Below the pieces are notes generated by a model. It saw only the letters and a program-made list of their open reading frames with translations. It did not search any database and was not told where the DNA came from. DNA of 64,000 bases from Dehalococcoidia bacterium (GTDB lineage: Bacteria > Chloroflexota > Dehalococcoidia > Lucifugimonadales > VXLM01): positions 779,720 to 843,719 of the forward strand of contig OZ244816.1 in NCBI GenBank assembly GCA_965220255.1. The letters are read 5' to 3'. Made by a program: the position numbers and the translations under genes. Positions 8,197 to 17,267 of this stretch are shown one piece after another. Each line of letters opens with the position of its first letter. Within the stretch, counting starts at the first letter, position 1.

Positions 8197-8256
8197 CTCC
8201 GTTGCCTCTCTTCTCCGCTTGCAGTAGATAAACGGGATGGTCGAATAACGTACAAA

Positions 8257-9348
8257 TCAACCCCGGCGCTCTAGTCGGGGGACTTGGAGTTCGGCGGCGA
8301 GGTGGTCGAAGTACTCTACGACTTCGCGGTGGAGGGGGATGCCGTTGGCGCGGCGGTCTTGCTCGTGTTCGTATTCTGAGAGGCCGGCGTAGAAGACGCG
8401 GTCGTGGCCGGGGGCGGGTTCGGCCTCGCGGAGGGCCTTCAGGACGCCGTCCATGTTGTCTTTGAATTCGTCGAGGTCGGAGAAGGCTTCGATGTCGAGC
8501 GCCATGAAGACGTGTTCGCCGCTTATCTCGCCCGTCAGCATGGTTGGGCGCTCGCCGGGCATGAGGGTGCTCATAATCATGACCATCATGGCGAGGCCGT
8601 AGGCCTTATGGGAGCCGAGCTCGCGCGTTCCGGCGAAGGGGAGCATGGGCGGGTCGTCGGAGTCGGGCGGGTCGATCTCGCGCATGGTGGGGGTGCCGTC
8701 ATCATCAGCGAGCCAACCGGGCAGGAGCTTGACGCCCATGCGCTGGGCGAGCCTGATCTTGTTCTGGGCGACGCCGGTCATGGCGGCATCGAAGACGAAG
8801 GGAGCCTCGTTGCGGGCGGGGGCGGCGAAGCCTATGGGGTTGGTGCCGAGCATCCCCTTGGCGGCGAAGGTGGGGACCATGCGGGAGCCGCCCGTGGTCA
8901 TGACAAGTCCAAGCATGTCCTGTCGGGCGGCGGTCATGGCGTGGACACCGAGGGCTCCGGAGTGTCCGGCGTTGATGAGGGAGACGTAGCCGACGCCGAC
9001 ATTCTTCGCCTTCTCGACGGCGAGATCCATGGCGGTGCGTCCGAGGATGATGGCAAGGCCCTGGTCGGCGTCGATGACGGCTGTGGCGGGGGTCTCACGT
9101 AGGACGCGCCACTGGGGGTCGGCTTTGATGCGGCCGTCGCCGTAGCGCTCGACGTAGACCTTGACCATGTTGGAGACGCCGTGGCTCTCGACGCCCCAGA
9201 GGTCGGCGGTGACGAGGGTCTCGACAGCGGCGTCGACGTTGTCAGGGGGCTCGCCCATCTTGGCGAAGATGGCGGAGAGGGTGCGCCGAAGGGACTCGTG
9301 GGGGACGCGGACCTGGTGTTCGGAGGGTACTTTGAAGCGTTCAAGCAT
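8257..9348 (-). CDS. Ldh family oxidoreductase (malate/L-lactate dehydrogenase family 2)
   Basis: Start chosen at MLERFKVPSE... (ATG 9348). The longer 9543 start would run into the MITE and repeats. WGVESHGVSN and GHSGALG motifs present. Confidence 0.8.
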   Translation of the reverse strand: MLERFKVPSEHQVRVPHESLRRTLSAIFAKMGEPPDNVDAAVETLVTADLWGVESHGVSNMVKVYVERYGDGRIKADPQWRVLRETPATAVIDADQGLAIILGRTAMDLAVEKAKNVGVGYVSLINAGHSGALGVHAMTAARQDMLGLVMTTGGSRMVPTFAAKGMLGTNPIGFAAPARNEAPFVFDAAMTGVAQNKIRLAQRMGVKLLPGWLADDDGTPTMREIDPPDSDDPPMLPFAGTRELGSHKAYGLAMMVMIMSTLMPGERPTMLTGEISGEHVFMALDIEAFSDLDEFKDNMDGVLKALREAEPAPGHDRVFYAGLSEYEHEQDRRANGIPLHREVVEYFDHLAAELQVPRLERRG

Positions 9349-9476
9349 TTTTGTATTTTTTGTATAAGGGTCTCTGGAAGGTTGGGGTTGGAGGGTGGCG
9401 GTGGGGATTATACAGGATGTGGGGGACAGGGCTGTTGGCGGAAGTCCCCCTCTCTCTGTATCTCTCCCCCAGCGGG

Positions 9477-9754
9477 CTGACAGGGGTAGGCATTTGACCA
9501 TCAATCCGCTTCCACGAATGAGAAAAGAGCCCCTCACTGTCATTCGGAGCGCAGCGCAGCGGAGTCGAAGAATCTAAAATGCCCGTCCCAACGCATAGCT
9601 GACACGGAGAAGGTTTGTTTCTCGGTCACGATACAAGCGTGGCTCCGGCCGTACGGACTTGCGTTGATGGATTTTAGATTCCTCGCTCCGCTCGGAATGA
9701 CAGAGAGACGGGGCCGGATGGTAGACACAATTCTGTTTTGTCTACCCCTGTCAG
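9477..9754. mobile_element. MITE (278 bp) with the termini of the IS at 13071..14402; 11-bp TSD cccccagcggg
   Basis: Ends are ctgacaggggtaggcattt... and ...aaaacagaattgtgtctacccctgtcag. Direct repeats lie at 9466..9476 and 9755..9765. There is an internal REP-C inverted pair and no ORF. Confidence 0.7.
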
Positions 9755-9783
9755 CCCCCAGCGGGGGAGAGATTGTTTAATCT

Positions 9784-10782
9784 TCATCGCCAGCGGATTA
9801 CCGCGCCGAGGATGTCGGTGTCGCCCTGATCGAGGCGGTGGTAGACGGTGGGGAGGTCTTGCCAGCCGAACTCGTGGGTGATCATGGGGTCTACGGGGAG
9901 ACTGCCGTTGGCGATGAGGCGTGCTGTGAGCTTCATTGAGTTCATGCGGTCCCAGCGGAGGTCGGTTGGGCGGTAGCCGAGCGAGGCGCGGAGGGTGTAG
10001 CGCGTGGTCATGTAGGGGTGGCCGACGGGGTTGAAGGTGGGGGAGTCAGTGTGCCTTGCGACGATGACGACGACGCCGTCCTGCCGGACGATTTCGAGCG
10101 AGGTCTGGATGGCGGGCCAGGCGGAGGCGGTCTCGAGGACGAGGTCGGCGCCGCGACCGTCGAAGAAGTCGATGACCTGACGGGTGAGGCCGTCGTCCGA
10201 CGGGTCGAGGACGAGGTCTGCGCGCATGGCGTTCGCGACCTGTCTGCGACTCTCGCTGTAGTCGATGCCGACGGTGCGGAAGCCGAACGCGGAGCAGTAG
10301 GCTATGGCCGAGAGGCCGATGACGCCGAGTCCGACTATGGCGACGTTTTCGCCCGGCTGCGGTTCTCCGTGGCGGAGTCCGAGCTGGCCGACTCCGAGGA
10401 TGTTGAGGAAGACACCCTGCTCGTCGGTCACCTCATCGGGGAGCTTTATAGTGTCGCGGGCCGGGCTCGTGGCGTACTCCTTGTGGGTGCCTGCGCAGAA
10501 GACGCGGTCGCCGACGGTGAAGTCGTGGACATCGGACCCGACTTCGACGACCTCGCCGACCATGGAGTAGCCGTTTTCGATGGGGCCATCGGGGAAGCGG
10601 ACGCCGCCGTGGAGCCACTCGCTGTCCTCATCGACGGGGATGTAGCGGTAGACGCGGATCTCGGTGCCGGTGCTGACGGCGGTGACGTTGGCGCGGACGA
10701 GCAGGCCGTCGGGCGGGCACTCGGGGATGTCTACGTCGTCGAAGCTCGCCTTCCTGGGGCCGGTTATGACCAGTCGTTTCAA
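9784..10782 (-). CDS. Zinc-binding medium-chain alcohol/polyol dehydrogenase family
   Basis: 332 aa; GEVVEVGS, VGLGVIGLSAIAY Rossmann motif. Confidence 0.8.
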   Translation of the reverse strand: MKRLVITGPRKASFDDVDIPECPPDGLLVRANVTAVSTGTEIRVYRYIPVDEDSEWLHGGVRFPDGPIENGYSMVGEVVEVGSDVHDFTVGDRVFCAGTHKEYATSPARDTIKLPDEVTDEQGVFLNILGVGQLGLRHGEPQPGENVAIVGLGVIGLSAIAYCSAFGFRTVGIDYSESRRQVANAMRADLVLDPSDDGLTRQVIDFFDGRGADLVLETASAWPAIQTSLEIVRQDGVVVIVARHTDSPTFNPVGHPYMTTRYTLRASLGYRPTDLRWDRMNSMKLTARLIANGSLPVDPMITHEFGWQDLPTVYHRLDQGDTDILGAVIRWR

Positions 10783-10863
10783 TGGATGCCTCCGGGGTGG
10801 TGGTCCGGCGGGAGTTGGAGTGGCCGCCGGGGGTGAGGTGCATTATAGCGAGTTGGGGGCGGG

Positions 10864-10905
10864 GGATTCACCACAGAGAGCACAGAGATCACGGAGAAGG
10901 AGGGG
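10864..10905. repeat. REP-G copy
   Basis: ggattcaccacagagagcacagagatcacggagaaggaggggg. Confidence 0.6.
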
Positions 10906-10949
10906 GCTTTTGCCCTCACCCTAGCCCCCGTATCTAGTACGGGGCCGGC

Positions 10950-10969
10950 TCTCTCCCGCGAACGGGAGA
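10950..10969. repeat. REP-B-like hairpin (ctctcccg-cgaa-cgggagag)
   Basis: Same sequence as 34557..34580. Confidence 0.65.
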
Positions 10970-10975
10970 GGGGAT

Positions 10976-11002
10976 TAGATTCCCGCTTTCGCGGGAATGA
11001 CG
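10976..11002. repeat. REP-A hairpin
   Basis: agattcccgctttcgcgggaatgacgg. Confidence 0.8.
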
Positions 11003-11047
11003 GTGGCTGTAATTGTTCAGTCTTGGTGAGGGGAACCGCGCCTCACA

Positions 11048-11077
11048 CGTAGGGGCGGTTCGCGAACCGCCCCTACG
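11048..11077. repeat. REP-E variant hairpin (cgtaggggcggttcg-cgaaccgcccctacg)
   Basis: Perfect 15-nt palindrome arms. Confidence 0.65.
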
Positions 11078-11181
11078 TGTTGGGACAAATCCAGCACATA
11101 GATATCATTAACTCTGAACAGTTGCCGGCGGGACGCGGTTGTGTGGGGTAAGATTCGCACGATGATGACGAGGAGGATGGA

Positions 11182-12072
11182 ATGGGAGTAACTGTAGTTA
11201 GCTGGAACATTGGAAAGATGCGCAAGCCGTGGCACGAGCTGGTGCGGATGGATGCGGATGTCGCCCTACTTCAGGAGGCCGTGCCGCCGCCGGAGGGGGC
11301 GGGCGTTTTGGATATCGGGCCACAAGATGCGTGGGACTCGCATTCCTGGAATTCTGACTGGTGGCACGGTCGTGGCTGGAACAAGATGTATGACCGATGG
11401 CCTATGGTCGTGCGCCTATCGGACCGTGTGGAGGTGGAGTGGTTCAGACAGATTAGCCCTTGGGGGGGCGCTGAAGCGAATGAGATTGAAGTGAGCGGCA
11501 TTGGGACGATCACTGCGGCGCGAATTACACCGAAGGACGGATCAACCGAGCCGTTCATTGCAGTTTCGATGTATGGAAGATGGATAAGGGCACATTCCAG
11601 CGTCAAGACGTCTTGGAGCTTTGGCGTTGCGGACGTCTCCGTACACCGCATCATCTCCGATCTCTCGGCCTTCATTGGCCACGAGAATCCACAGACGCAT
11701 CGCATTCTGGCGGCAGGCGATCTGAACATCGCGCACGGCTACGGTGACGGCGGCAACCCCGCGTACTGGGAGGCACGGTACCGGTCGGTGTTCGACAGGA
11801 TGTCGGCGATTGGGATGGAGTTCATGGGGCCGCAGGCACCGAACGGCAGGCAGGCGAAAACGCAGGCAACAGGCGAACCGGCGGACTCTCGCAACGTCGT
11901 CACGTTCTACCTCCCGGGGAATAACCCGGAGACTGGAAACAACATTCAACTGGACTACGCGTTCGCCTCGCGAGGGTTCCATGAGAACGTGAATGTGCAG
12001 GCGCTGAACGAGGTTGATGAGTGGGGGTCGAGCGACCACTGCCGGGTGCTGATCGAGATTGGGGAGGGATAG
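11182..12072 (+). CDS. Endonuclease/exonuclease/phosphatase (EEP) family protein
   Basis: VVSWNIGKM...LLQEA N-terminus and C-terminal SDHCRVLIEI; RBS gaggagga. Confidence 0.75.
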   Translation: MGVTVVSWNIGKMRKPWHELVRMDADVALLQEAVPPPEGAGVLDIGPQDAWDSHSWNSDWWHGRGWNKMYDRWPMVVRLSDRVEVEWFRQISPWGGAEANEIEVSGIGTITAARITPKDGSTEPFIAVSMYGRWIRAHSSVKTSWSFGVADVSVHRIISDLSAFIGHENPQTHRILAAGDLNIAHGYGDGGNPAYWEARYRSVFDRMSAIGMEFMGPQAPNGRQAKTQATGEPADSRNVVTFYLPGNNPETGNNIQLDYAFASRGFHENVNVQALNEVDEWGSSDHCRVLIEIGEG

Positions 12073-12186
12073 GGGATTGAAGCGGAACGTCAGAATATCC
12101 GTGAAGCGTTCGTGAGGACGGCGGAGAGGGATTGAGAGGGGTTTGAGAGATCGATTCGGCCCTCGATTGCAGTAGATTGGGTTTGA

Positions 12187-12307
12187 GTGTTCAGTCTTCG
12201 TGAGACCCCCACTCCCCTCCCCTGTGGATACTCGCCCCGTATCGTGGTATGGGGTGGCGGTATGACGGTGGCTGTGCGCGTTGTGTCCTCTCACGAAGTC
12301 TGAACAG
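12187..12307. repeat. REP-F composite MITE-like element (IRs gtgttcagtcttcgtgaga / tctcacgaagtctgaacag, internal REP-A)
   Basis: About 120 bp; same architecture at 27619, 27725, 37649, 49649. Confidence 0.7.
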
Positions 12308-12428
12308 TTACGTTTGGAAGGCCTCGGTTCTTGGTCGAGTACGGGTGTGATACCATGTCGCACGCGTGGGGGGCGAAGCCTCTACACGACTTCTCGGGCC
12401 CGTAGGCGGCCTACAGCGAGGTGACCAA

Positions 12429-12962
12429 ATGTTAGGAAGAATGCTGGGCGCGGCCCGGTTGGATGCCGCCACTTACGAAGAGGTAGAGGCCGACAGCAAG
12501 GCTACCATTCAGGCGTTGATCGTGGTGGTTGTCGTCACGATCGCGAGTGTGGTCGGCGAGATGCTGGGTGGTGGAGATGACTTCGAGCTTGTCAATGCGC
12601 TGGTCATCGGAGTAATCCGAGGAGTGGTGAGCTGGGCCATATGGGCACTGATAACCTGGATTGTAGGCACCACGATATTGAATACGGAAGCAACAGAAGC
12701 CGACTGGGGACAGCTGGCGCGCTGCACGGGGTTCGCCCAGACGCCAGGGATTATCAATGTGTTCAGTTTCGTACCGGCGGTCGGGGGGCTGATCTCCGTG
12801 GCGGCATTTGTATGGACGTTCGTGGCAATGTTGGTTGCGGTCCGGCAGAGTCTGGACTACACGTCGACCTGGCGGGCGTTCACGGTGATCCTCATCGCGT
12901 TCATCCCGGTGGGCCTTCTCAACTTCATCGCATACTGGATATTGATAATCGCAGGCGCGTAG
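12429..12962 (+). CDS. Yip1-domain family membrane protein
   Basis: MLGRMLGAARLDAATYEEVEADSKATIQALIVV... then 4-5 TM segments; start at ATG 12429 preferred over 12366. Confidence 0.6.
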   Translation: MLGRMLGAARLDAATYEEVEADSKATIQALIVVVVVTIASVVGEMLGGGDDFELVNALVIGVIRGVVSWAIWALITWIVGTTILNTEATEADWGQLARCTGFAQTPGIINVFSFVPAVGGLISVAAFVWTFVAMLVAVRQSLDYTSTWRAFTVILIAFIPVGLLNFIAYWILIIAGA

Positions 12963-13070
12963 ATAGTCGCGGAGACGTTGTATAGGGCCCCGACAGGTAA
13001 CCGGTAGCCGTTCGTGGTGAGCCCTTCGACAACTGCAGGAACCCCCTCTCTGGATCTCTCCCCCGCCGGG

Positions 13071-14402
13071 CTGACAGGGGTAGGTATTTCGTATTTTAGG
13101 TATCAGTGCCATAGATCATCCTCAGATTTGGCGACGGTTCGGGCCAAGCTTCAGGAAGCAGCCAGACCCTCTGCCACAGCCTGCCTTTGAGCAACAGACG
13201 ATTCAGCCAAATGATGCCCTGACGCAATACGCTTACAATCCGTCTCGGTCTGTTTGTGGCACTTCGATGTGTGGGCGAGACAAACTTCGGAGGCGCTCTG
13301 AGACGACTAGGGTTTACGCCCAAGCCGCTGGCATCTTCGACTCTGGTCCCATATGCCAGCGCCAATAGAGTTGACACAGACAACACCAGCCAATGACGAC
13401 TGACCCGTTCGGGATCTGTCCGGCGAGTCTTCTGCCATTGCCACCCAACGCTCTTGATCGCTTTGAAGCCCAGTTCTATCCAGAAGCGAAGTGCGTACCA
13501 GCACACCCCAGCTTCAGCAGGTGGGAGATCTGTCATCACAACCCATGGCTCTTGTTGGTCTTTGTCCCAGACCACAATCATTGTCCCCCGACGGCGTATG
13601 CTTGTGGCCCTGAACGCGGTCCCACCACCAACCCATGCGTGACCCGGCCCTGGTACGAGATACCGCGCTGGCAGACGAGTCCCTCCATCAGGACAGAAGA
13701 CGGTGTTGATCGACTGTCGTACGTAGGGATGCCACCCCGAAGAGCGTATCTGCTCCCACAACCTCGGACTCCTCAGACCACGGTCGCACATCACCAGCAC
13801 AGTCTTGTCCTTTGGGACCGCCGAAGACAGCAACGCCAGCAAGTCCACCACAGGGGATATCCACTGTCCGGGACTGTTGGCGGGAAGAATGTGCCAGGCA
13901 ACCGGAATGGCACAACTGCGATAGACCACGCTTATGACTATGGAGTTTAGCTTGTCGGCCTTCATCGTCGGGTCTATAGCTAACACTAGCCTGTCCGACT
14001 GCCACAATGACAGTACCCACCTCAACAGCGGAACAAAGCACGACCTCACATCCAATTGCACTTGGCAGGGCTTAGAACGGTCTTGACCATCGTAGAGCCA
14101 CTCTCTGATGTACTGACGCAGACTGTTGTAGTTACCCATAACCGAAAGGGCTGCACTGACAGCGTTCTGGCAACTACTCCCGGCCAGTATGGTCCCGTAC
14201 ACCCACAGAACCAGTCCTTTTATCTGAGAGTGTCTGAGCTGAGGCATGTGTTGTTCGACAGTCTGGAGCATCTGGTAGCATTCAGGTGGGAGGCGCATGG
14301 CGAATCTCTGGCAACCTTTCTGTCTGATACCAAAAAGATGCCAGAAACCCATGCGCTTTCCAAGTTCTTATACTTATTTTATATTTTACCTACCCCTGTC
14401 AG
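13071..14402 (-). mobile_element. Intact IS4-superfamily insertion sequence (1332 bp), 16-bp perfect terminal IRs ctgacaggggtaggta, 11-bp TSD cccccgccggg
   Basis: IRs at 13071..13086 and 14387..14402. Direct repeats at 13060..13070 and 14403..14413. Single transposase ORF. CTGAC termini as in IS10/IS50. Confidence 0.8.
13096..14352 (-). CDS. DDE transposase, IS4 superfamily
   Basis: 418 aa; LAIDPT (D), VLVMCDRG (D), YALRFWIELGFKAIK = Y-x2-R-x3-E-x6-K signature. Confidence 0.85.
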   Translation of the reverse strand: MGFWHLFGIRQKGCQRFAMRLPPECYQMLQTVEQHMPQLRHSQIKGLVLWVYGTILAGSSCQNAVSAALSVMGNYNSLRQYIREWLYDGQDRSKPCQVQLDVRSCFVPLLRWVLSLWQSDRLVLAIDPTMKADKLNSIVISVVYRSCAIPVAWHILPANSPGQWISPVVDLLALLSSAVPKDKTVLVMCDRGLRSPRLWEQIRSSGWHPYVRQSINTVFCPDGGTRLPARYLVPGPGHAWVGGGTAFRATSIRRRGTMIVVWDKDQQEPWVVMTDLPPAEAGVCWYALRFWIELGFKAIKSVGWQWQKTRRTDPERVSRHWLVLSVSTLLALAYGTRVEDASGLGVNPSRLRAPPKFVSPTHRSATNRPRRIVSVLRQGIIWLNRLLLKGRLWQRVWLLPEAWPEPSPNLRMIYGTDT

Positions 14403-14544
14403 CCCCCGCCGGGGGAGAGATCAGGGGTTTTTCGTCGTTGCGCTCCTCAGGAGGACAGGCAATTCCTGCACATCTCACCGAGTCTGAGCAGTTGCACGAT
14501 GGGCTAGTGTCTCGTTTCGTAAGTTCGCCATGTAATTCACAGCA

Positions 14545-14605
14545 CCCTTCGACAAGCTCAGGGTGAACGGGATAATCAAAATACGTTCGTGGTGAGCTTG
14601 TCGAA
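14545..14605. repeat. REP-D copy with inverted partner (ttcgacaagctca ... tgagcttgtcgaa)
   Basis: cccttcgacaagctcagggtgaacgg + reverse arm 14593..14605. Confidence 0.65.
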
Positions 14606-14675
14606 CCACGAAGAGCAGGTCTAACGAGACAACCAATTAATACGATGAACTTGCGAAACGGGATACTAGCGCCAA

Positions 14676-15758
14676 CTACCCGTAGCGTTCGCGGAGGATG
14701 CGGGCGGCTTCGGCCTCGTTTTTGAGCTTGAGGTAGGGTTCTTCGAGGGGCATGTCGATGGCGAGGCCGGGTGCGAAGCCGCAGTCGGGGTTGAGGCTGA
14801 GGCGGGCGGGGTCGACGTGCTTGATGGCCTGTTCGACGCGGGCGACGATTTCCTCGGTGGCGTCGATCTTCTCGAAGCGGCACTCGACGCAGCCGAGGCC
14901 GATGAGCTTGTCTTCGGGCAGCTCCTTGAGGATGGCGACGTCTCCGGCGACGGGGATGCTGAACTCCATGACGTACTGGTCGACGTTGATCTTCTTCATG
15001 GTCTCGATGATGGGCTCGTAGCCGCCCTCGGCACCCCAGCCCTGCCTTCCCCAGTTGCGGCGGCAGAGGTGGAGGGCGGTCTGGACGCCGTCGATGCCGT
15101 CGAGTATCTCGTTGATCTTGTCGGCGGCGAAGTCCATCTCGTAGCGGGGGTCGTCGAAGGTGTCACGGTAGGCGGGGTCGACGAGGACGCAGAGGTGTGG
15201 CTCGTCGATCTGGACGACGGTGACGCCGGTGTCCTGGAGGGCGAGAAGTTCGTCATGGAGGATGGGGACGAGTGCTTCGATGAATTGGTCGCGGGTCGGG
15301 TAGGCCTTCTTTGAGACGGCTTCTTCCCAGAGGCGGACTCCAAGCAGGTAGGGAGAGGGTACGCAGACCTTGGTGAGGCGGTCGGTGGCGTTCACGAGGA
15401 AGCGGGCCTCCTGTGCGATGAGGCCGGGGTTGACGACCTCCATGGGCTCGGTGATTGAGATTCCCCAGCGACGTGGCTCCTCGCGGAGGTCGGCGGAGAA
15501 GCCGGTGGCGATGTCGGCGACGATGTGGGTGTAGGCGTGCCTGCGCCACTCGCCGTCGCTGACGAGGTCGAGTCCGGCCTGCTCCTGGATGGCGATGGCG
15601 TATCGGACGGCGGCGTCCATGCGCGGGGACGCGGCGGCCTTGGCGGACTCGATGCCGGGAGTGTCGGGGAGCATGTCCTGCACCATGAGGGGTCGGGGGA
15701 GGCTGCCGACGACGCCGGAGGCGAAGGGGACGGCGGTGTATTCGGGGGAGATGGTCAT
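14676..15758 (-). CDS. Cobalamin-independent methionine synthase (MetE C-terminal domain-like, Meth_synt_2) family protein
   Basis: 360 aa; GSLPRP, SDGEWRR, LHLCRRNWG motifs of the family. Confidence 0.75.
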   Translation of the reverse strand: MTISPEYTAVPFASGVVGSLPRPLMVQDMLPDTPGIESAKAAASPRMDAAVRYAIAIQEQAGLDLVSDGEWRRHAYTHIVADIATGFSADLREEPRRWGISITEPMEVVNPGLIAQEARFLVNATDRLTKVCVPSPYLLGVRLWEEAVSKKAYPTRDQFIEALVPILHDELLALQDTGVTVVQIDEPHLCVLVDPAYRDTFDDPRYEMDFAADKINEILDGIDGVQTALHLCRRNWGRQGWGAEGGYEPIIETMKKINVDQYVMEFSIPVAGDVAILKELPEDKLIGLGCVECRFEKIDATEEIVARVEQAIKHVDPARLSLNPDCGFAPGLAIDMPLEEPYLKLKNEAEAARILRERYG

Positions 15759-15794
15759 GGGGTTGCCTTTCTCGTAGCTGCTGGGATAGGAGGA

Positions 15795-15828
15795 GGTTCA
15801 CCGCAGAGGGCGCGGAGAGCGCAGGGGG
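15795..15828. repeat. REP-G copy
   Basis: ggttcaccgcagagggcgcggagagcgcaggggg. Confidence 0.6.
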
Positions 15829-15846
15829 AGGATAGGGTTTGAAGAT

Positions 15847-15873
15847 GGATTCCCGCTTTCGCGGGAATGACGG
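15847..15873. repeat. REP-A hairpin
   Basis: ggattcccgctttcgcgggaatgacgg. Confidence 0.8.
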
Positions 15874-15910
15874 GGTATGAGTTCCTGATACCCGGCGTGG
15901 TTCCGCACGG

Positions 15911-15935
15911 CCTTCGACAGGCTCAGGCCGAATGG
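15911..15935. repeat. REP-D copy
   Basis: ccttcgacaggctcaggccgaatgg. Confidence 0.6.
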
Positions 15936-15981
15936 GGCGTAGGGGTTGCTCATGATGATCGCGCAGGGTTGCATGTGGTGA

Positions 15982-17079
15982 TCAGTCGGCGCTGAGGCGG
16001 ACCCAGCGGGTGTGGGTGATGCCGGCGACGGTGCACCAGAAGTAGGTCATGATGGTGCCGTCGTCGAGGAGGACGCCGCCGGGTTTGCCGAAGGCGATCT
16101 GCATGTGCTCGGCGAGGAAGTTTTCGGACTCGGGGTCGCCGAGTGTAGCCTCGGCGCCTGCGTCGAAGACGACGACCTCGTTTTCGACGTCGAAGGTTTC
16201 TAGGTCTTCGGTGAGGGCGACGTGGATGCCCTGCGGCTCGTGGCGGTAGTTGTAGATAGCGGCGACACGACCGTCCGGCAAGGGTATGGGAGTGCAGACC
16301 TGTCCGCGCAGGTTGGTGGGGCGTGGTTCAGACCACGTGCGGCCCTGGTCATTGGAGACGGTCCAGTGGTTGTTCAGATCGTTGGACGTGCCGTAGACGT
16401 GAGTCCAGATGAGGGTGTAGATGCGGCCGTCGGGGAGGACGGAGCACATCTGGTCCCACCAGAGGGTCTTGCCTGAAGTATCGTCGGCGACGACGGTGAA
16501 CTCTCCCCACGTCTCTCCCTGATCTGAGGAGAAGACTGTGGCGGCCTTCTGGTCAGGAACGCCGACGTAGCCTTCGGGCTTCCACGTTTCGAGGGGGTAC
16601 ATCCAGCGGTCGGGTGCGAGCTGTTGGAGGTTGCCGGCGCCGTTCCAGGTGTAGCGTTCGGGGTCGAGTGGAACGGGGACGATCTGCGGGGCCGACCACG
16701 TGTCGCCACCGTCGTCGGACCGGTGCAGGCAGAGTTCGCAGCGCGCGAGGTCCTCGGTGTTGGGGTCGAAGAGCCTGTCCTTCTTTTCGAAGCGGGAGGT
16801 GGTCATTATCATGCCGCCGCCGGGGACGGTGGATATCTTGGGGGCGCGATAGGACCAGTTGTCGAGATCATGGTCGGGGGTGTGGATGCTGCCGCGGTTG
16901 TCCCATTCACTGCCGTCGTGCGAGCGGAGGACCTCGATGTGGTTATCGGGGGAGCCGAGCTCCTCGCCGACGTGCTGGGATGCTATGAACGTACCGTCGG
17001 GCAGCGGGGTAATGACGGGCATGTATGCGCCGGTGTCGGGCCTGTGGGAGATCATTCCCTGGTCGATGATGGTGAGCAT
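15982..17079 (-). CDS. BNR/Asp-box repeat (sialidase-like beta-propeller) protein
   Basis: Three S-x-D-x-G-x-T-W Asp-boxes: SDDGGDTW, SSDQGETW, SNDQGRTW. Confidence 0.75.
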   Translation of the reverse strand: MLTIIDQGMISHRPDTGAYMPVITPLPDGTFIASQHVGEELGSPDNHIEVLRSHDGSEWDNRGSIHTPDHDLDNWSYRAPKISTVPGGGMIMTTSRFEKKDRLFDPNTEDLARCELCLHRSDDGGDTWSAPQIVPVPLDPERYTWNGAGNLQQLAPDRWMYPLETWKPEGYVGVPDQKAATVFSSDQGETWGEFTVVADDTSGKTLWWDQMCSVLPDGRIYTLIWTHVYGTSNDLNNHWTVSNDQGRTWSEPRPTNLRGQVCTPIPLPDGRVAAIYNYRHEPQGIHVALTEDLETFDVENEVVVFDAGAEATLGDPESENFLAEHMQIAFGKPGGVLLDDGTIMTYFWCTVAGITHTRWVRLSAD

Positions 17080-17144
17080 TCTTTTTCCTTGGTTGGTGAG
17101 GGTCTATAGAGAGGCTGATGGATTAGATGCTGCTCGCCGTTCGA

Positions 17145-17184
17145 CCCTTCGACAGGCTCAGGGGAGTCAAGGCTCAGAGCGAAC
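17145..17184. repeat. REP-D copy
   Basis: cccttcgacaggctcaggggagtcaaggctcagagcgaac. Confidence 0.6.
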
Positions 17185-17267
17185 ATGTTTACCAACGCCG
17201 CTTCCTCTTGGAGAACTCGGGCCAAGCGTAAATTGAGTTAGACTCCGATTGGGGTGGATGGTTGGTA

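Noticed and set aside
12221-12230. cctgTGTGGATAc inside REP-F elements (also at 27761 and 37683) resembles a DnaA box (TTATCCACA complement). Together with gyrB this might suggest an origin region.
   Set aside because: The match is 8 of 9 and is part of a dispersed repeat family. No dnaA, dnaN or recF is present, and there is no cluster of boxes in the AT-richer region upstream of gyrB.
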